A stretch of 60,867 bases of DNA, the filler included. It is 6 parts of 6 records of this genome, joined end to end, with 100 filler letters (N's around TTAATTAATTAA, not from the genome) between each part and the next. Parts side by side here need not be neighbours in the genome. Positions count along the whole stretch, not along the records: positions 54,971 to 60,867 come from SRR31156797_16562; 5 more parts are not named here. One strand, written 5' to 3'. Each line of letters starts with the position of its first letter. Within the stretch, counting starts at the first letter, position 1. Under the pieces are notes generated by a model. It searched no databases. It was given only the letters and a program-made list of their open reading frames with translations, and had not been told where the DNA came from. Made by a program: the position numbers and the translations under genes. Below, one piece after another: positions 60,559 to 60,867 of the stretch.

Positions 60559-60867
60559 TCATATTCTGATGGCGCTTCTCACGTCTTCCTTGTACATCCC
60601 ATCCATTTTTCGTATTGCCGCAAGAATCTCCGGGTCTTCTGTGCGGGGTACCTTGACCACCAGCTTGACCATGAGATTGCCCCTTGTTTTTGTTTTGAGA
60701 TTGGTGGCCCCTTTTCCCTTTAACCGAAGCACTTTTCCGTTCTGGCTACCGGAAGGCACCTTCAGTTTAACCGGTCCATCCACCGTCGGGATGTCGATAC
60801 TTCCCCCTGCCATGGCCTCCCTTACGGTTACGGGAACATCCATGAAAAGGTCATCGTCGGTTCTTTT
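60559..60867 (-). CDS. DnaJ/CbpA C-terminal domain (cut by window end)
   Basis: DDLFMDVPVTVREAMAGG...PTVDG...GKVLRLKGKG...GNLMV; frame open to the window end. Confidence 0.88.
   Translation of the reverse strand, partial: KRTDDDLFMDVPVTVREAMAGGSIDIPTVDGPVKLKVPSGSQNGKVLRLKGKGATNLKTKTRGNLMVKLVVKVPRTEDPEILAAIRKMDGMYKEDVRSAIRI

Overview
The window is not one locus. It consists of six contig pieces joined by artificial 100-nt spacers (N44-TTAATTAATTAA-N44) at 14717-14816, 38579-38678, 44236-44335, 49438-49537 and 54871-54970. Gene content and style suggest sulfate-reducing Deltaproteobacteria (Desulfovibrionaceae-like for pieces 1-2, Desulfobacterales-like for pieces 3-6; this is inference). Piece 1 has a tRNA-Pro 3' end, an orphan HExxH ORF, AI-2E and FUSC transporters, PfpI, an amino-acid ABC operon whose permease carries a TPR-like N-terminal domain, hsp20 plus a Lon-like protease, two MCPs and an acyltransferase. 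Piece 2 has split-type glutamate synthase genes, DUF922, msbA, an HD protein, a DnaA-box-rich intergenic region and a ~2985-aa LapA-like adhesin. It also has an RpiR / polar-amino-acid ABC / Eda / KdgK / PLP-enzyme operon next to a tRNA-Leu 3' end, with rpiR frameshifted at an A9 tract. Piece 3 has a Liv-type ABC with an embedded acyl-CoA ligase and a PAS-LuxR regulator. Piece 4 has vWA protein-kinase-regulator genes and GntR-trpB. Piece 5 has TetR, RNase II, HU and an MshEN-FapA fusion. Piece 6 has lsrF-dehydrogenase-hypE, DUF1285, PpiD and a convergent cbpM/cbpA-like pair. The best candidate for an undescribed system is the amino-sugar-acid-type catabolic operon at 30764-37879. No CRISPR array, integrase or transposase was seen. 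All family calls come from motif recognition, not database searches.
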